Shown: positions 1-13,302, numbered from the stretch's first letter. The stretch is DNA of 64,000 bases from Octopus vulgaris (GCA_951406725.2 OX597833.1:28086001-28150000), one strand, 5' to 3'. Notes: generated by a model not told the origin, from the letters alone. Program-made: numbers and translations.

Positions 1-271
1 TACATACATACAACCATACATACATACATACATACGTACTTATATATCATGTACTAACTGTTACTTTCTCAGACGCAGCACGGAATTTTGTCAGTGAACA
101 GGTCGCAGTCTCAAAACGACAAAAATATTTTGACAAATGTAAATGTTAAAGTAAATCAAACGGTTTTTGGGTGTTTTTAAATGGCTTATAAACACCTTCC
201 ACGTTGCAATTGTTTTCGTTCTAACACACGATCTCAGATCAGATCACTTGCTATGCAAGTACATCACCGTA

Positions 272-388
<117 letters not shown>

Positions 389-394
389 TATAGA

Positions 395-963
395 TATAAG
401 TAAATAAATGGAGTTGAACGAAGATGTTATTAAAATTCTTTTACTTTCGACATATGTTTCGAAGACAACATTGGTTTTATTCCAAAGGAATAAACGGTAT
501 AAAATGCAATCTTCTCGTCAGGAAAGAAAGAGAGCCTATCTCAACAATAAGACATTATAACAATTACGATGACTGCCTAAATGATAAACAGAACGTTATT
601 AAGTGTTTTAAAAAAACCGTTAGTAGATTTGACGTCAAAGGCAGATACCAGGAAGAGAAGGGTTAAAGAAATAATAAGTAAAGAACTAATAAAGAGGGAT
701 GCGTTGGTTGAAAAAATGTTCAAAGGCTTACAAGTAGATTTCTCTATTGAAGTAAAGTGCAAGTTAAACTAACTGTTTAAACTAATTTTAATAACATCTT
801 CGTTCAGCTCCATTTATTTACTTATACTACACAAATTACTACACATTAACCCGGAGTTTCTACCTTTGAATAGGCCGCTTCATCCGTGTTACTTGCGTGA
901 ATTTTGCTACCCTGGTAACTGTTTATTGAATTTTCCATGTTAACGGTAAACATTCATTCATCC
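395..963. mobile_element. Non-autonomous Penelope-like (pLTR-type) element with internal inversion, between (TA)n tracts; same family as 6511-7230
   Basis: Approximately 399-437 is inverted at approximately 784-820. It carries a hammerhead at 444-526, and 840-960 matches 7110-7225 and (inverted) 13615-13692. Confidence 0.7.
444..526 (-). ncRNA. Type I hammerhead ribozyme (minimal helix III, long branched helix II)
   Basis: Minus strand reads CUUUC-CUGACGA-GAAGAUUGCAUU...AAUGUUGUCUUC-GAAA-CAUAUG-UC-GAAAG. Core intact, GUC site, palindromic CAUAUG. Confidence 0.85.
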
Positions 964-977
964 ATATATATATACAT

Positions 978-1073
<96 letters not shown>

Positions 1074-1092
1074 CATATATATATATATACAC

Positions 1093-1471
1093 GCAAATAA
1101 TAAAATGGAGAGGATACAAAACAACACATCACCCCGTAGACATTCCAGTGTGTCTATTTATTCCAAAGCATTAGAAAGTATTAGAAGAAAACATACACAT
1201 GTAGCAACTGTGTGTTACACACTCATGTATTAATATTACAAAAAAGACCAAACGATCAGTTCCTTACAGCCGTTTCTGCCAAGAGGCAACGAAATCCTCT
1301 TGGCAGAAACGGCCGTAAGAAACTGATCTTTTCTGAAATCTTAATATATGTGTGTATAACACATAGTTACTACATTCTTCTAATACTATCTAAGACTTTG
1401 GAATAAATAGACACACTGGAATGTCTACGGGATGATGTGTTGTTTTGTATCCTCTCCATTTTCTTATTTGC
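1093..1471. repeat. Nested inverted repeats (76-bp outer arms; inner hairpin 1254-1328)
   Basis: 1093-1168 is the near-exact reverse complement of 1396-1471. The inner arms contain GAAACGGCCGTA, a hammerhead 3' half. Confidence 0.85.
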
Positions 1472-1714
1472 CGTATAAATTAAGGGTAAACCACTTTTAC
1501 CACCCGCCCATATATGACACTCAGATGCGAGACTGCCACGCAATAATCAGCATTTGACTATGAATAATTGGGTACACTACCAGCAGTATATTGGATAGGC
1601 ACTATCCCTTGGTTGGTTTCCCAGCCTCTAACTCTCACAGAAATATATGTGTGTGTGTCTGTATGTATGTATGGAAGTATGTATGTATATATGTACGTTT
1701 GTATGTATATACAT

Positions 1715-1749
<35 letters not shown>

Positions 1750-1756
<7 letters not shown>

Positions 1757-2012
1757 ACATAAATAATATATAAACATGTGCATATATACATACATATATG
1801 TACATACCTACATCTATATGTATATATACATGCATATATGGTACAGGACACCAAAAAAACGTTGAACACAATGAGAAACGAAAACATAAAAACAAAAACA
1901 TAGAAACGAATTTTTTTCAAACAACGAAAAAACAGAGTACAAGACATACAACATAAGGAATATTCCCCTTCTTCAGTTGTCCCTGTTTCATCTACTCTGC
2001 GTTTTGAAGGTA
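1750..2012 (-). mobile_element. Truncated copy of the ~786-bp non-coding repeat family A
   Basis: Highly similar to 27430-27692 and 28220-28478; flanked by TA-rich microsatellite. Confidence 0.8.
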
Positions 2013-2401
2013 TACATATATATATACACATATATATATACATACATATATATTTACATATATGCATATATTTAACATAATACATGCATATATGTATACA
2101 CGCACGCACATACAGATACCCATACATACATACATACACACACATACATACATATATACGTACATACATACATACATACATACATACATACATACATACA
2201 TACATACATACATACATACATACTAGATTGAAGTCATTATTTAACACTAGTTTAAGAATAAGAAATTGAACATTTACTAATGGAGAAAATCAACGGAAAT
2301 CAGCAGTAAGACAGATTCAAGTTTATCATAAAATTCATGCTGATTGAGACTTAAGTTTCGTTTGAAGGTTTATTCAACCGTTTGACTAAGATGCCAGATG
2401 A

Positions 2402-2474
<73 letters not shown>

Positions 2475-4039
2475 TGTGTGTGTACGTGTGTGTGTGAGTG
2501 TGTGTGTTTGTGTATGTGTGTCTATGTGTCTGTGTCTGCGTCTGTGTGTTTGTGTGTGTGAGTGTGTGTGTGTGTGTGGTTTTGTGAGTGTGTGTATCTC
2601 CATGGCTTGCATGCATACAGTCGTGATGAATCGCTACAAACACAGCTTCCCGCGTTAATACGATCATTGAATCAACGACCAGGTTTTTTATTGGACACCA
2701 TATTTTCGACTATAATTTGCCCAGTCCTGGGGATTAAATCCCCGGGTATCCCAGCAAAAGGACATCAGCGGTGTCCGACAGATAGCTTGTTAGATTACAG
2801 AGGTCTGTGTTAGAACCCACATTAAATGTTTAACAAGGCTACCATTATGACAATTTGATAGAAGTTTGATTAGGAAAAAGCTCCACACGAACATAAGCTG
2901 GTGCTTCCATAATTGTTGGGTGGTTCATTAGCGACACTTTTGGTTTGCCACATTTTTAATTAACATGCGGGGCAATGAGATATTTAATAATCACTCACTT
3001 TCTCTCTTTTTCCACAAATACATAATACGTATGTATACATGTATGTATGAATGTGTATATAAGTGTGTGTATGTTTATATATATATATTCATACATACAC
3101 ACACACTCGCATATACACACACATATACATACACACACACACATACAAACACACACATATAATCATGGGAGAAGGTCTTGCTTGTGTTTTGCCATTTAAT
3201 ATACCAGAAACAAATACGTATCTACATATCTCGTTATTAGATAGATGTTATATATCATTATATTATTTATATTATATTGTATTGTATTTATTATATCATA
3301 TTATTGTTGGTTTTTATTCATTTCGGCTACATATGCGTCTATAAGTGCACGGACACGCATACACATACACACATACACACACACCTACATTACAATAACA
3401 ACGACGACGACGATGATACTGGTGGTGGTGGTGGTGGTGTTGTTGGTGGTGGTGGTGGTGTTGTTGTTGGTGGTGGTGGTGGTTCTCTTCCTTCACCCAT
3501 CTGTGGTTGACACCACTTCCGTTCCCATCTCTTCCGCCCTCTTCTCCTCCCCTTCCTCTTCTTTTTCTAAATGTGACACAATGACAGACACTGAAACCCT
3601 AACAAGCTGAAGGCTGCAACCCGCATCTCTGTCCACAGAAGAACACCATCTTTCGCACACACACGCGCCCGTACACACACACGCACACACACACACACAC
3701 ATTCGATATTCTGGTTATTGTTGTTCTTGCTGATGCTACTATTGTTGTTGCTGCTTAGCTGCACATTAACCCTCACTAAATAAAACCTATTATCAAAGCC
3801 GCTCCAGCCATGGCCATCCCGTCTTTTTTTTCTTTTTTCTTACATCAGGGTTTACAACAGACGAGTCAACCTCATTATCCGACGTAGCCTTCATATTTAA
3901 CAGAATAGGCTGATTTGAAGGCAAGGTTTGCCTGCTACCTCTAGCTAATCGCACGACCACCTAGCACCTCATTTATTGACTGGCTATTATTGTAGTTGTT
4001 GTTGTCGTTGTTATTGTTGCTGTTAATCGTGTTGTTATT

Positions 4040-4252
4040 ATTCTTTTACTTGTTTCAGTCATTTTGACTGTGGCCATGCTAGAGCACCGCCTTTTAGTCG
4101 AAGAAATCGACCCTAGGACTTATTCTTTGTAAGCCTAGTACTTTTGCCGAACCGCTTAGTTACGGGGACGTAAACACACCAGCATCGGTTGTCAAGCGAT
4201 GTTGGGTGGGGGACAAACACAGACACAAACATATACGCACACATACATACAT

Positions 4253-4260
<8 letters not shown>
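4040..4260 (-). mobile_element. 3' half of microsatellite-containing tRNA-derived SINE
   Basis: Reverse complement of 24530-24745. Confidence 0.8.
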
Positions 4261-4347
<87 letters not shown>

Positions 4348-4443
4348 ATCCAAACAAGAAAGCACAAAAAAAAACACAACAACGTGAGGACGTGGAACAA
4401 ATATAGTATTATTGGACGCTCAGGAAAGAAGGAAAGAAGGAGG

Positions 4444-4478
4444 GTTTAACGTTTCGAGCGGAGCTCTTCGTCGGAAAC
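4444..4478 (-). ncRNA. Minimal type I hammerhead (CCGACGA core variant) in a short pLTR-like element (~4340-4550)
   Basis: GUUU-CCGACGA-A-GAGC(UCC)GCUC-GAAA-CG-UU-AAAC. Related copies at 7283-7392 (3' half only) and 44061-44087 (helix II deleted). Confidence 0.7.
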
Positions 4479-4569
4479 ATAGGAGAAGGAAAGATCCAAA
4501 GAAGGGAAGACAGAGGGAAAAAAATTGCCAACGGTACACACGAGGTCACATATATACAGTATATACATA

Positions 4570-4631
<62 letters not shown>

Positions 4632-4729
4632 TATGTATATATATATATATATATATATCATATATATATATATATATATGTATTATGTATATATATATAT
4701 ATATATATATATACATACATACATACTTA

Positions 4730-4807
<78 letters not shown>

Positions 4808-6261
4808 GTATATACAACGAGCTTCTTTCAGTTTGTTGCGGTTGTTTTTTTCTGTTGTAGCTGTGGTTGTTGTTGCTGTTACTATTACTGTTGCTGCTGC
4901 TGCTGCTGTTACTATTATTGTTGTTGTTGCTATTATAAATGTTGTAATTGTTACTGCTGTTGATTATGTTTACTGTTCGGTGTCGACTTTGCTGCTGCTG
5001 CTGTTCGTTGCAACTGCCGCCGTTGTCGTTAGTGTTTCCCGTTTCATGTCAATATATTATACTCCTTTGATTTAAGTGATGTTTTCCTCTCTTTACACTG
5101 TTATTCATGTCAGATGTGATGAGATGAGGTTGGTGGAGGTAACGAAGCGGCGACGGGATTGGGGAATGGGGTCCTGGAGGGTGTATCTCGTGAAGGTGCG
5201 GGTGGTCTGGTAGAGTGAGATGTGGTAGGGTAGGGTGGTGTCTGATGAAGGTGCGGGTACTATGACGGAATGATGGGGGAGAGGGGCGGGTGTGGGGGTG
5301 ATAGATCTTTGGAGACAGTTTGATAATTGCAAGGTAATTAATTTGTATTATTTTCTGTACACAAACATATCGTCAGCAACAACAATAACGATAACAATAA
5401 TGATGACGATGATGATGATGATGATGATGATGACGACGACGACGACGACGATGATGATGATGATGATGCTGATGATGATGCTGATGATGCTGATGATGAT
5501 GATGACGATGATGATGATGATGATGTAACTAACGATAACAGGTGTGTCAATGTGTTGTGGTTTTATTATCGTTGTTGTTGTGTTTGTTGTTGTTTGGTGG
5601 GTGCACAGCTGAGATTTATTTTAAAAGAATTACCAGAAACATAACACCCTCCCCCAACACACACAACCGTTATACCAAATCATTAGTGTTCGTCGTAAAA
5701 AAAGAAAAGACGCTCATGATCATGATCATAGTGGTGGTGGTGGTGGTGGTGGTGGTGGTTGTGGTGGTGGTGGTGGTGGTGGTGGTGGTGGTGGTGGTGG
5801 TGGTGGTGGTGGTGGTGGTAACGATTGTCTTTCTGCAACTGATACCTAAAAGGATGGCATGACCATCATAAAACTTTATTCACTACTACGAAATGTCATA
5901 CATATAGGAAGTACGTGTGTGTGTGTGTGTGTGTGTATTTATACGTATTATACATATCTGTCTGTGTTTATACATATATATATATACATGCATGCGTACG
6001 TACGTGTGTTTGTGTGTGTGAGTGTGAATGTGTGTACTTGTCCATATGTGTGTAGCCAGCCCCACATTACCAATGTACAGAGACCCCTGCAGCCATTGTT
6101 GGGTTCTTCTGATCTACAATAAATCACCTCCTCATTTCACTTAAGTAGTTTAGCGATAACAGCAGCAGAACACACACATACACACGTATGGATGTGTGTG
6201 TGTGTGTGTGTCTCTCTGTGTGTGTGCGTGCGTGCGGGCGTGCGTGCGTGTGTGTGTGTAG

Positions 6262-6495
6262 AGGCGTGTGCCTTAGTGGCTAGAGCGATGCACTCATGAT
6301 CGTAAGAGCATGATTTCCATTTCTGCATCGAGTGATGCATTGTTTTCTTGAACAAAACACTTCATTTCATGTTGCTCCAATCTATCAGCAAAAATTTGTA
6401 ATCCAGCGACGGATTAAAGTCCCCCATCGAATGGGGAAACATATATGCCACAGAATCCAGGAAAACATATCTGCGAGGCTATAGCTCGGGAAGGA
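6262..6495 (+). mobile_element. Degenerate tRNA-derived SINE
   Basis: A-box-like CTTAGTGGCTAGAGC followed by a body similar to 35172-35290. Confidence 0.5.
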
Positions 6496-6552
6496 CCGTT
6501 GACCCCTTTATATAAATGGAGTTAAGCGCAGGTATATTTTAAATTCTTTTAC

Positions 6553-6638
6553 TTCCGACATATATTTCGAAGATAACATTGGTATTATTCCAGAAGGAAT
6601 AAAATGGTGTAAAACAATGCAATCTTCTCATCAGGGAA
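6553..6638 (-). ncRNA. Type I hammerhead ribozyme
   Basis: UUCC-CUGAUGA-GAAGAU...AUCUUC-GAAA-UAUAUG-UC-GGAA. Confidence 0.8.
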
Positions 6639-6969
6639 ATAAAGAAACCAAACACATCAATATAACATTTTAACAGAATGTGATGACTGCATAAAATGAT
6701 GAAGTTTTGTTTTTTCTTAAAGCGTTAGTAGATATAACTTTAAGGTAGTTTATAGAAAGAGAAAGAGAAGGAAAGAAATTAGCAGAAAACAAATAGTGGA
6801 GAGATATAGAGCGATAGGTGAATTAGAATAAAGCTTAAAAGCGTGGAAGTAGATATATTTAGTGGAAGTGAAATGTAAGAAGACAGTCACAGGTCAAATT
6901 ATATAGAATGGTAGAACTCATTTATAGGAACTAAAGGGATGTTTCTGCTAATGTGTTTGGTTTCTTTCT

Positions 6970-7055
6970 TTCCCTGATGAGAAGATTGCATTGTTTTACA
7001 CCATTTTATTCCTTTTGGAATAATACTAATGTTGTCTTCAAAATATATGTCGGAA
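6970..7055 (+). ncRNA. Hammerhead copy with G12-to-A core mutation (probably inactive)
   Basis: UUCC-CUGAUGA-GAAGAU...GUCUUC-AAAA-UAUAUG-UC-GGAA. Confidence 0.7.
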
Positions 7056-7241
7056 ATAAAAGAATTTGAATAACACCTGCGTTAGACTACATTCATTTAT
7101 TTATCTATGTTACACAAAACGTTTCACCTTAACCCGGAATTTCTACCTTATAAATAAGTTGTTATTTGTGTGAATTTTTGCTAACCTGGTAACTATTTAT
7201 TTTTTCCGTGTTATTTGTAAGCACTGAAAAAACACACATAC

Positions 7242-7283
<42 letters not shown>

Positions 7284-7683
7284 AATCCAAACGGGAAAAC
7301 AAAAAAACAACAACAATGGAACAATTACAGTATTATTATTAATAGGCGCTCAGGAAATGGAAGCAGGAAGGTATGACGTTTCGAGCGGAGCTACACACAC
7401 AAACATGCACGGACACACCCAGACATACATACATACACCTATATACACACGCCCACACACCTACATACACACACATATACACACGCCCACACACCTACAT
7501 ACACACACATACATACACACACATACACGGACACACCCATACATACTTACATACATACACCTATACACACACGCCTACACACCTACATACACACACATGC
7601 ATACACACACACACATGTACGCACATACACACACATATACGCACATACATATATACCCACACACATGCACACGCACACACATA

Positions 7684-8482
7684 CGGAGGTCTGATCAGTA
7701 AGTATCCAGACTGTTGCCATAGTAAAGAAGCTAAAGCACGCAGAGTAAAGACGCTTGGCATAGATTGACCATAAGCTCTGCTGTGCATGTGCACTAAATT
7801 TTAACGTTCTAGCTCACTTGCGCTGTTTACAGCAGTGCTTGGAAGAAAAGTGTGTAGCGTGTGATCGTCGTATTGACCATGATAGAGAAAGTTGAGCAGA
7901 GAATCAGCATCAAATTTTGCCAAAAACTTGCCAATACCTGCTCAGAGGCCAACGCAAGGTTTTCAAAAACTTTTCATCATCTTCAACACAATCAAGGAGA
8001 TCTTGTGCAAATGAAACCCAAGTGTCTTTTTGGTCAGCTGAAGCAGTTTTGACACAAATTTGGCAGACATGTATCTCATACCCAAATCTTCAGTGATAAT
8101 GGACTGAACTGAACTGTAACTAATCTGCACATTCTCTGATAACTCACGGATGGTGAATCGACGATTTCCCCTCACAGCTGCACGCACATCTGGGATGTTT
8201 TTCGCAGTTCTCCTGGTTGCGGTTCTCTCACTTTCTGCAACTTTGCGTAGGCTTCATTGGTATCACCATGACAACTTTCTTTGTCATGGTCAATGCGATG
8301 ATCACACGCTACACACCTTCCTTCCAAGCACTGCTGTAAAACAATAGAAGTGAGCTACAGCGTTAAAGCTTAGTGCACATGCACAACAGAGTTCAAGGTC
8401 AATCTATGCCAAGCGGCTTCACTCTGCATGCGTTAACTTCGTTACTATGGCAACAGTCCGGATACTTATTGATCAATTCTGT
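7684..8482. mobile_element. Mariner-derived fold-back element with ~200-bp inverted ends
   Basis: 7684-7885 is inverted at approximately 8283-8482. Internal transposase N-terminal fragments lie on both strands (EQRISIKFCQKL; RRFTIRELSE..LGMRYMSAKFVSKLL). Confidence 0.8.
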
Positions 8483-8532
8483 GTATGTATAACAAAACAG
8501 GAAATTGGAAATTTGTCGGTATTATTCATTCA

Positions 8533-8626
8533 CCATTACATATGTTTCATTTACTAATGGGAATCACAAGGTTTTACATTTAAGATAGACATGTAAGGAA
8601 TTTCCTATTGGAAGTTCTTCAGACAG
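8533..8626 (-). ncRNA. Degenerate hammerhead with long helix II
   Basis: CUGU-CUGAAGA-[~67 nt, imperfect stem]-GAAA-CAUAUG-UA-AUGG. Core intact, helices eroded. Confidence 0.5.
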
Positions 8627-8746
8627 AGAAATAAAATAATACAAATTTTACATATGGACGAAGTGTTTGTATTTAGACAGTGATCAGATGTGCTTCAAGT
8701 GGAAACAGCTGGGATTTACCCAAACTACCTATATCATATATTTTGT

Positions 8747-8747
8747 G

Positions 8748-8826
<79 letters not shown>
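8747..8826. repeat. (GATA)n microsatellite
   Basis: Direct reading; another tract at approximately 21207-21303. Confidence 0.95.
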
Positions 8827-8916
8827 TGCGTAGCAGTACCACCGTCTACAAATGAAGAATCAGTACTATATTGTCAGTCTCATTTTGTGTCATATATATA
8901 TGTTATATATGTCATC

Positions 8917-8989
<73 letters not shown>

Positions 8990-9009
8990 CATACATACAT
9001 ATACATAAA

Positions 9010-9045
<36 letters not shown>

Positions 9046-9074
9046 TGTATGTATGTATGCCTATGTATAAATAT

Positions 9075-9839
9075 CAGTGGCGACTTCGGACTCGGGCTGT
9101 TCGGGTTTAGCCCGAGTATAAATTTAGTAAAGTGAACGCGTATTTGCTGATTTAATTTCTGCCAACACTAACTTCAAGTATGTATTTGCAGTCAATAACT
9201 CGGACGCCTTTTATTGAGCCTGGTCGCAGTTTATTTATTTTTGTTCAGCGTCTGGCGGTCGTCTTAGAGGTGCCCTGTGTCAAAAAATATCATTCGTAAC
9301 AGACGTTCTCTCGACATCGTTCACACGCACCTGACTCGGGCTCAGACGTTACAGCCCGAGATGTTATTTATAATCGTAAAAATTAAAAATAATTCAAATT
9401 CAGTGTTTTCTTGAAACAATAAATTTCTATAGGAATTAAGACTTAAATTCCAATCTATGAAAAGTTTCCATTCTACAATATTCTTAAAGGAACGAAAAAT
9501 TATCCAGCAACTCGGGCTAATACGAACGAACCAGATAGGTGTAAAAAACTAACTGGCATCTCTTGTCAAGAGTACAGGCGACAGTCAAATCGCTAATGTT
9601 TGTTGTGCACTCCTCTGTCGTTATTTGAATGCTATTATTCTGTGCATCTGTGTGTAAAGATCAGTTATGTTTTGCAGAGTTGCTTTATTTTTAACCTTAA
9701 CTTAGAAATGGAGAAAGACATATAGTACTAGATATACAAAAATAAGCCATTTGGGACAAGAAATATTGCGGGGAAACGTGAAATTCTTCGAGCTGGCGAA
9801 ATGAACCCGAGTGACGCTGGTGTGCTGACCTGGAGTCGC

Positions 9840-9844
<5 letters not shown>
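9075..9844. mobile_element. Non-autonomous DNA transposon (hAT-like MITE)
   Basis: Imperfect TIRs CAGTGGCGACT / AGTCGCCTCTG, multiple internal CTCGGGCT/AGCCCGAG motifs, ATAT flanks. Confidence 0.65.
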
Positions 9845-9893
<49 letters not shown>

Positions 9894-10275
9894 GTCACAT
9901 ATATATATTTCGTTTTTATATATGGTTTGCAAGATTCTTTATGTGAATTCGTGTGATTAGACAAATTTTGTTGTCTGGGGAAGTCATGCTGCCTTAATAT
10001 CTAACACACTCACCGGTTCCATTTCCATTCATTAATTTTTTTTTTTTTTTTTCTAAAATTTTCGTTGCTTTTGCAGACTTGTCAATGGCTGTTGACGCTG
10101 TCCGTTATCGGAACTGCGTTCCTTTTGTCTGTTTGTGCGCGAGTGTGTGTGCCAGCGTGCTTGCGCCTGCACATATGTATGCATTTATGTATGTATGCAT
10201 GTATGTATTTATGTATGCATGTATGTATGTATGTATGTATGTATGTATGTATGTATGTATGTATGTATGTATGTA

Positions 10276-10306
<31 letters not shown>

Positions 10307-10820
10307 ATGTATGTATGTATGTATGTATGTATGTATGCATGCATGTATGTATGCGTGTGTGTACGTATGTGTGTATGTATGTATTCTGCATATTCATGTG
10401 TTTGCGTGTGTGTGCGCATGGTTGTGTGTTTGTATGTGTGTATGTGTGTGCGTGTGTGTGTGTACCTCTGTATCTTTGTGTGTGCATGTTTGAGTTTGTC
10501 TATGTGTATGAGATTTTGTGACTATATACGTGTCTGTTATGTATGGATGTGTGTCTTCATACGTGTCCTCGTGTGTATGCGTGTGTGGAGTGTGTGTGTG
10601 TGTTTGTGTGTGTGAGTGTTTGTCCTTATTACCTGTGTACCTATCTATCTACTTACCTATGTATATATTTGTTTACATACATATCCATTTACCTCCCTAT
10701 ATATATATATATATATATATAATTAATTAATAAGGGTGAGAGAATTAGATACTAATTTAATAGTATACCTATTCAACACCAAGTGGCCAGTGCAAAGAAA
10801 CCTGGATTTTAATAACATTT

Positions 10821-11147
10821 TATACATAAATATAAGAGAGTGGTCAAAATGTGGCTCACTCTTGCACTAGAAATAGATCCAATAGGTTTCAACCACAAAA
10901 TAAATGTTTCCCATGAAAGTCAGTACGATTGTTAGCTCAAACGAACAGGGCAAATAAAAATAACAAAAATACAGATTATTTTGCCAAAATAATCTGTATT
11001 TTTGTTATTTTTATTTGCCCTGTTCGTTTGAGCTAACAATCGTACTGACTTTCATGGGAAACATTTATTTTGTGGTTGAAACCTATTGGATCTATTTCTA
11101 GTGCAAGAGTGAGCCACATTTTGACCACTCTCTTATATTTATGTATA
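10821..11147. repeat. Perfect palindrome, 162-bp arms, 3-nt loop
   Basis: Arms read as exact reverse complements around GCC at 10983-10985. Confidence 0.9.
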
Positions 11148-11469
11148 TATATATATATATTATTTTATTTATTAGGGAATAGTCCCCTTCATCACACCAT
11201 ATAAAAGAATTTTAATTTAATTTAATACTTACTACTCATTTCTCAGCTACACGTGTTTCTTGAGGTTCTTTTACGGTTCCTTAAGCACGCAGTGTTTTGC
11301 AGGAACCTTTCTTAAAATCATTGGGCCTCTAAATAACTTTATCATAGTTCAATACCAAATACTATATTTTAATTTTAACATACTTATATGTTAAAATTAA
11401 AATATAGTTTTTATGTCTGAGTGTTGGGTCCTTCGGGCACTTGGATAAAATGCGGATGTCAAGTCAGCC

Positions 11470-11950
11470 CAGTATGCTTCCATGTTGGTCCTTGGCATGT
11501 TGAAGGAGTATGAAGGACCGTTTCTTGTCATCATATTGCTTCATGTATTTATTTATTCTCTCCGCGATACTTCTAGATGTCTCTGCAATGTATGACGTGT
11601 TTTTTTCCCTTACAAGCACCCTTTATGCAACTAATGCTATAGACTACATTTCCTGTTCTACAAATTAATGCCAGGATTAATCTTATAAACCACGCGGTTC
11701 TCATTAGTGCATGTGATATTTTCGAGGGGGTACATCCTACATAATTGCGATCTAATGCAGTTCCCTCGCTTCTCACCAATCTTAAACGTTGAGTTTGGTC
11801 TCCTTCAGAACCTTCCTAAATCTACAGGCTAGTTCCATATTGGATGTAGCCTCTACAAACATCACCCCTTGATATTTATTAGCCTTGTGCCATGTGTTTT
11901 TTTTTCTGTTTGCTTTGTTACAAACGCTCTGTATGTTCTCATAGCTTCGC
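11470..11950 (-). pseudogene. Penelope-like element remnant (linker and GIY-YIG endonuclease)
   Basis: GVMFVEATSNMELACRFRKVL, GNVVYSISCIKGAC, then frameshifted YIAETSRSIAERI. Confidence 0.7.
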
Positions 11951-11964
11951 AATTGTTGTAGATT

Positions 11965-12950
11965 TGTCAACCTCCATGTAACGTAGCTGTTCGGCAAGTT
12001 TGCGGACATCACCTGGACAAAGGTAGTCTTCAGTAAAGCTATGGTATTGTGAGAATGTCGGTTAGTCTCCTTTTCAATCCTGCTCCAAACGTGGCAGTCC
12101 ATGGGATTTAAATCTGATAAATTTGAAGGTCACAATTTTGGTACTAAATGATTGTCTGAAATACATTCTTGAGTTATGTGAGCTTTGTGAGAATATAAGT
12201 GTTGTTGAAACACGTATGGCCTTCCATTGCATATTCCATCTATCCAGGGCTTAACAACTGTCTCTAGCACCTCAACGTTTCTACCAGCATTAATTCTAAG
12301 ACCCTGTGGTAAGATGTGACGTGGCATGGCATAACATTCAATTCTCACTACTCCTAAAGCCATCACAGTTGGTGGAAACATTGTTTAACAGGAGGAATGA
12401 CGGATGGTTATGTGCAGATTCTTTGTTTCCTTCACAATTGCTGGAAACTTACTGTGTTTCGCTCTGGAGACATCAGAAGGATCTGCACATAACAATCTGT
12501 CATTTCTTCTGTTAGACTTTTAGTCTTGTCGAAGTTTTTCTCCACAAATAACCAAACCATGTCATGTTCCTGACGGTTTTTAAACTTTCTAACAGCTTGG
12601 TACGGATCAAACGACTTTCCTCTCATTTGTACATATAGCTTGAATTTCCTCGTGCACCACTGTTCTCATAGTCTAGTCCGACATCTGGCCCACGTTGATT
12701 TTCCTGGTTCATTATGGCTCATATTTTAAAACCATTCGATAATTACGGTGTCCTTATAGTATTCGAACGTTTAGAGTATTTTTCTTTTCCTTCATACCGT
12801 TGAAACATTCCCGTCAGAGACTCCCACTTCTATCTGAACTTTGTGTACAAAAGCCCTTCCAAGTTTACAAAGTTGGTGATTTCTAAATCCCTATGTTCTG
12901 CGTAAATAGCAACCATGGCTGCATGTCTTTTCGTTTCTTGTTTCTGTTCC
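11965..12950 (-). pseudogene. Degenerate IS630-Tc1-mariner transposase (DD37D/maT-like)
   Basis: VMALGVV..VVKPWI..RPYVFQQ..H and DLNPMDCHVWS motifs; many stops and frameshifts. Confidence 0.75.
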
Positions 12951-13263
12951 TGTTAGCATTTTATCGTCATTAGATGTCTGAAAGGAATAAAAACCTCTTG
13001 ATCGGTTGAAGAGAGTAATGTACTGATAATTAAGATTCCTGAATTACATTTCGTACTCTGTGTGTGGGCGGAGTGAAAGCAATATGGAACACACAAGGTG
13101 TGCGTTTCGCTAGTTCGTAGGTAGCGCTTATAAGCGTAAGAGAATATATTTTCACCAATGCACCTGGTGTTAAAACACTTGGAAGTCATAGACGAGCAAG
13201 ATACTTGCATCTGGTCCCATTCAGGAGCGATAGATATCAATGTTTCGTCATTTGTGTGTGTGT

Positions 13264-13302
<39 letters not shown>

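Larger units (their letters stand above)
6511..7230. mobile_element. Non-autonomous Penelope-like element with inverted ~150-bp segment and two opposed hammerheads
   Basis: 6511-6657 is inverted at approximately 6951-7100. Homologous to 395-963 and followed by (TA)n. Confidence 0.75.
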
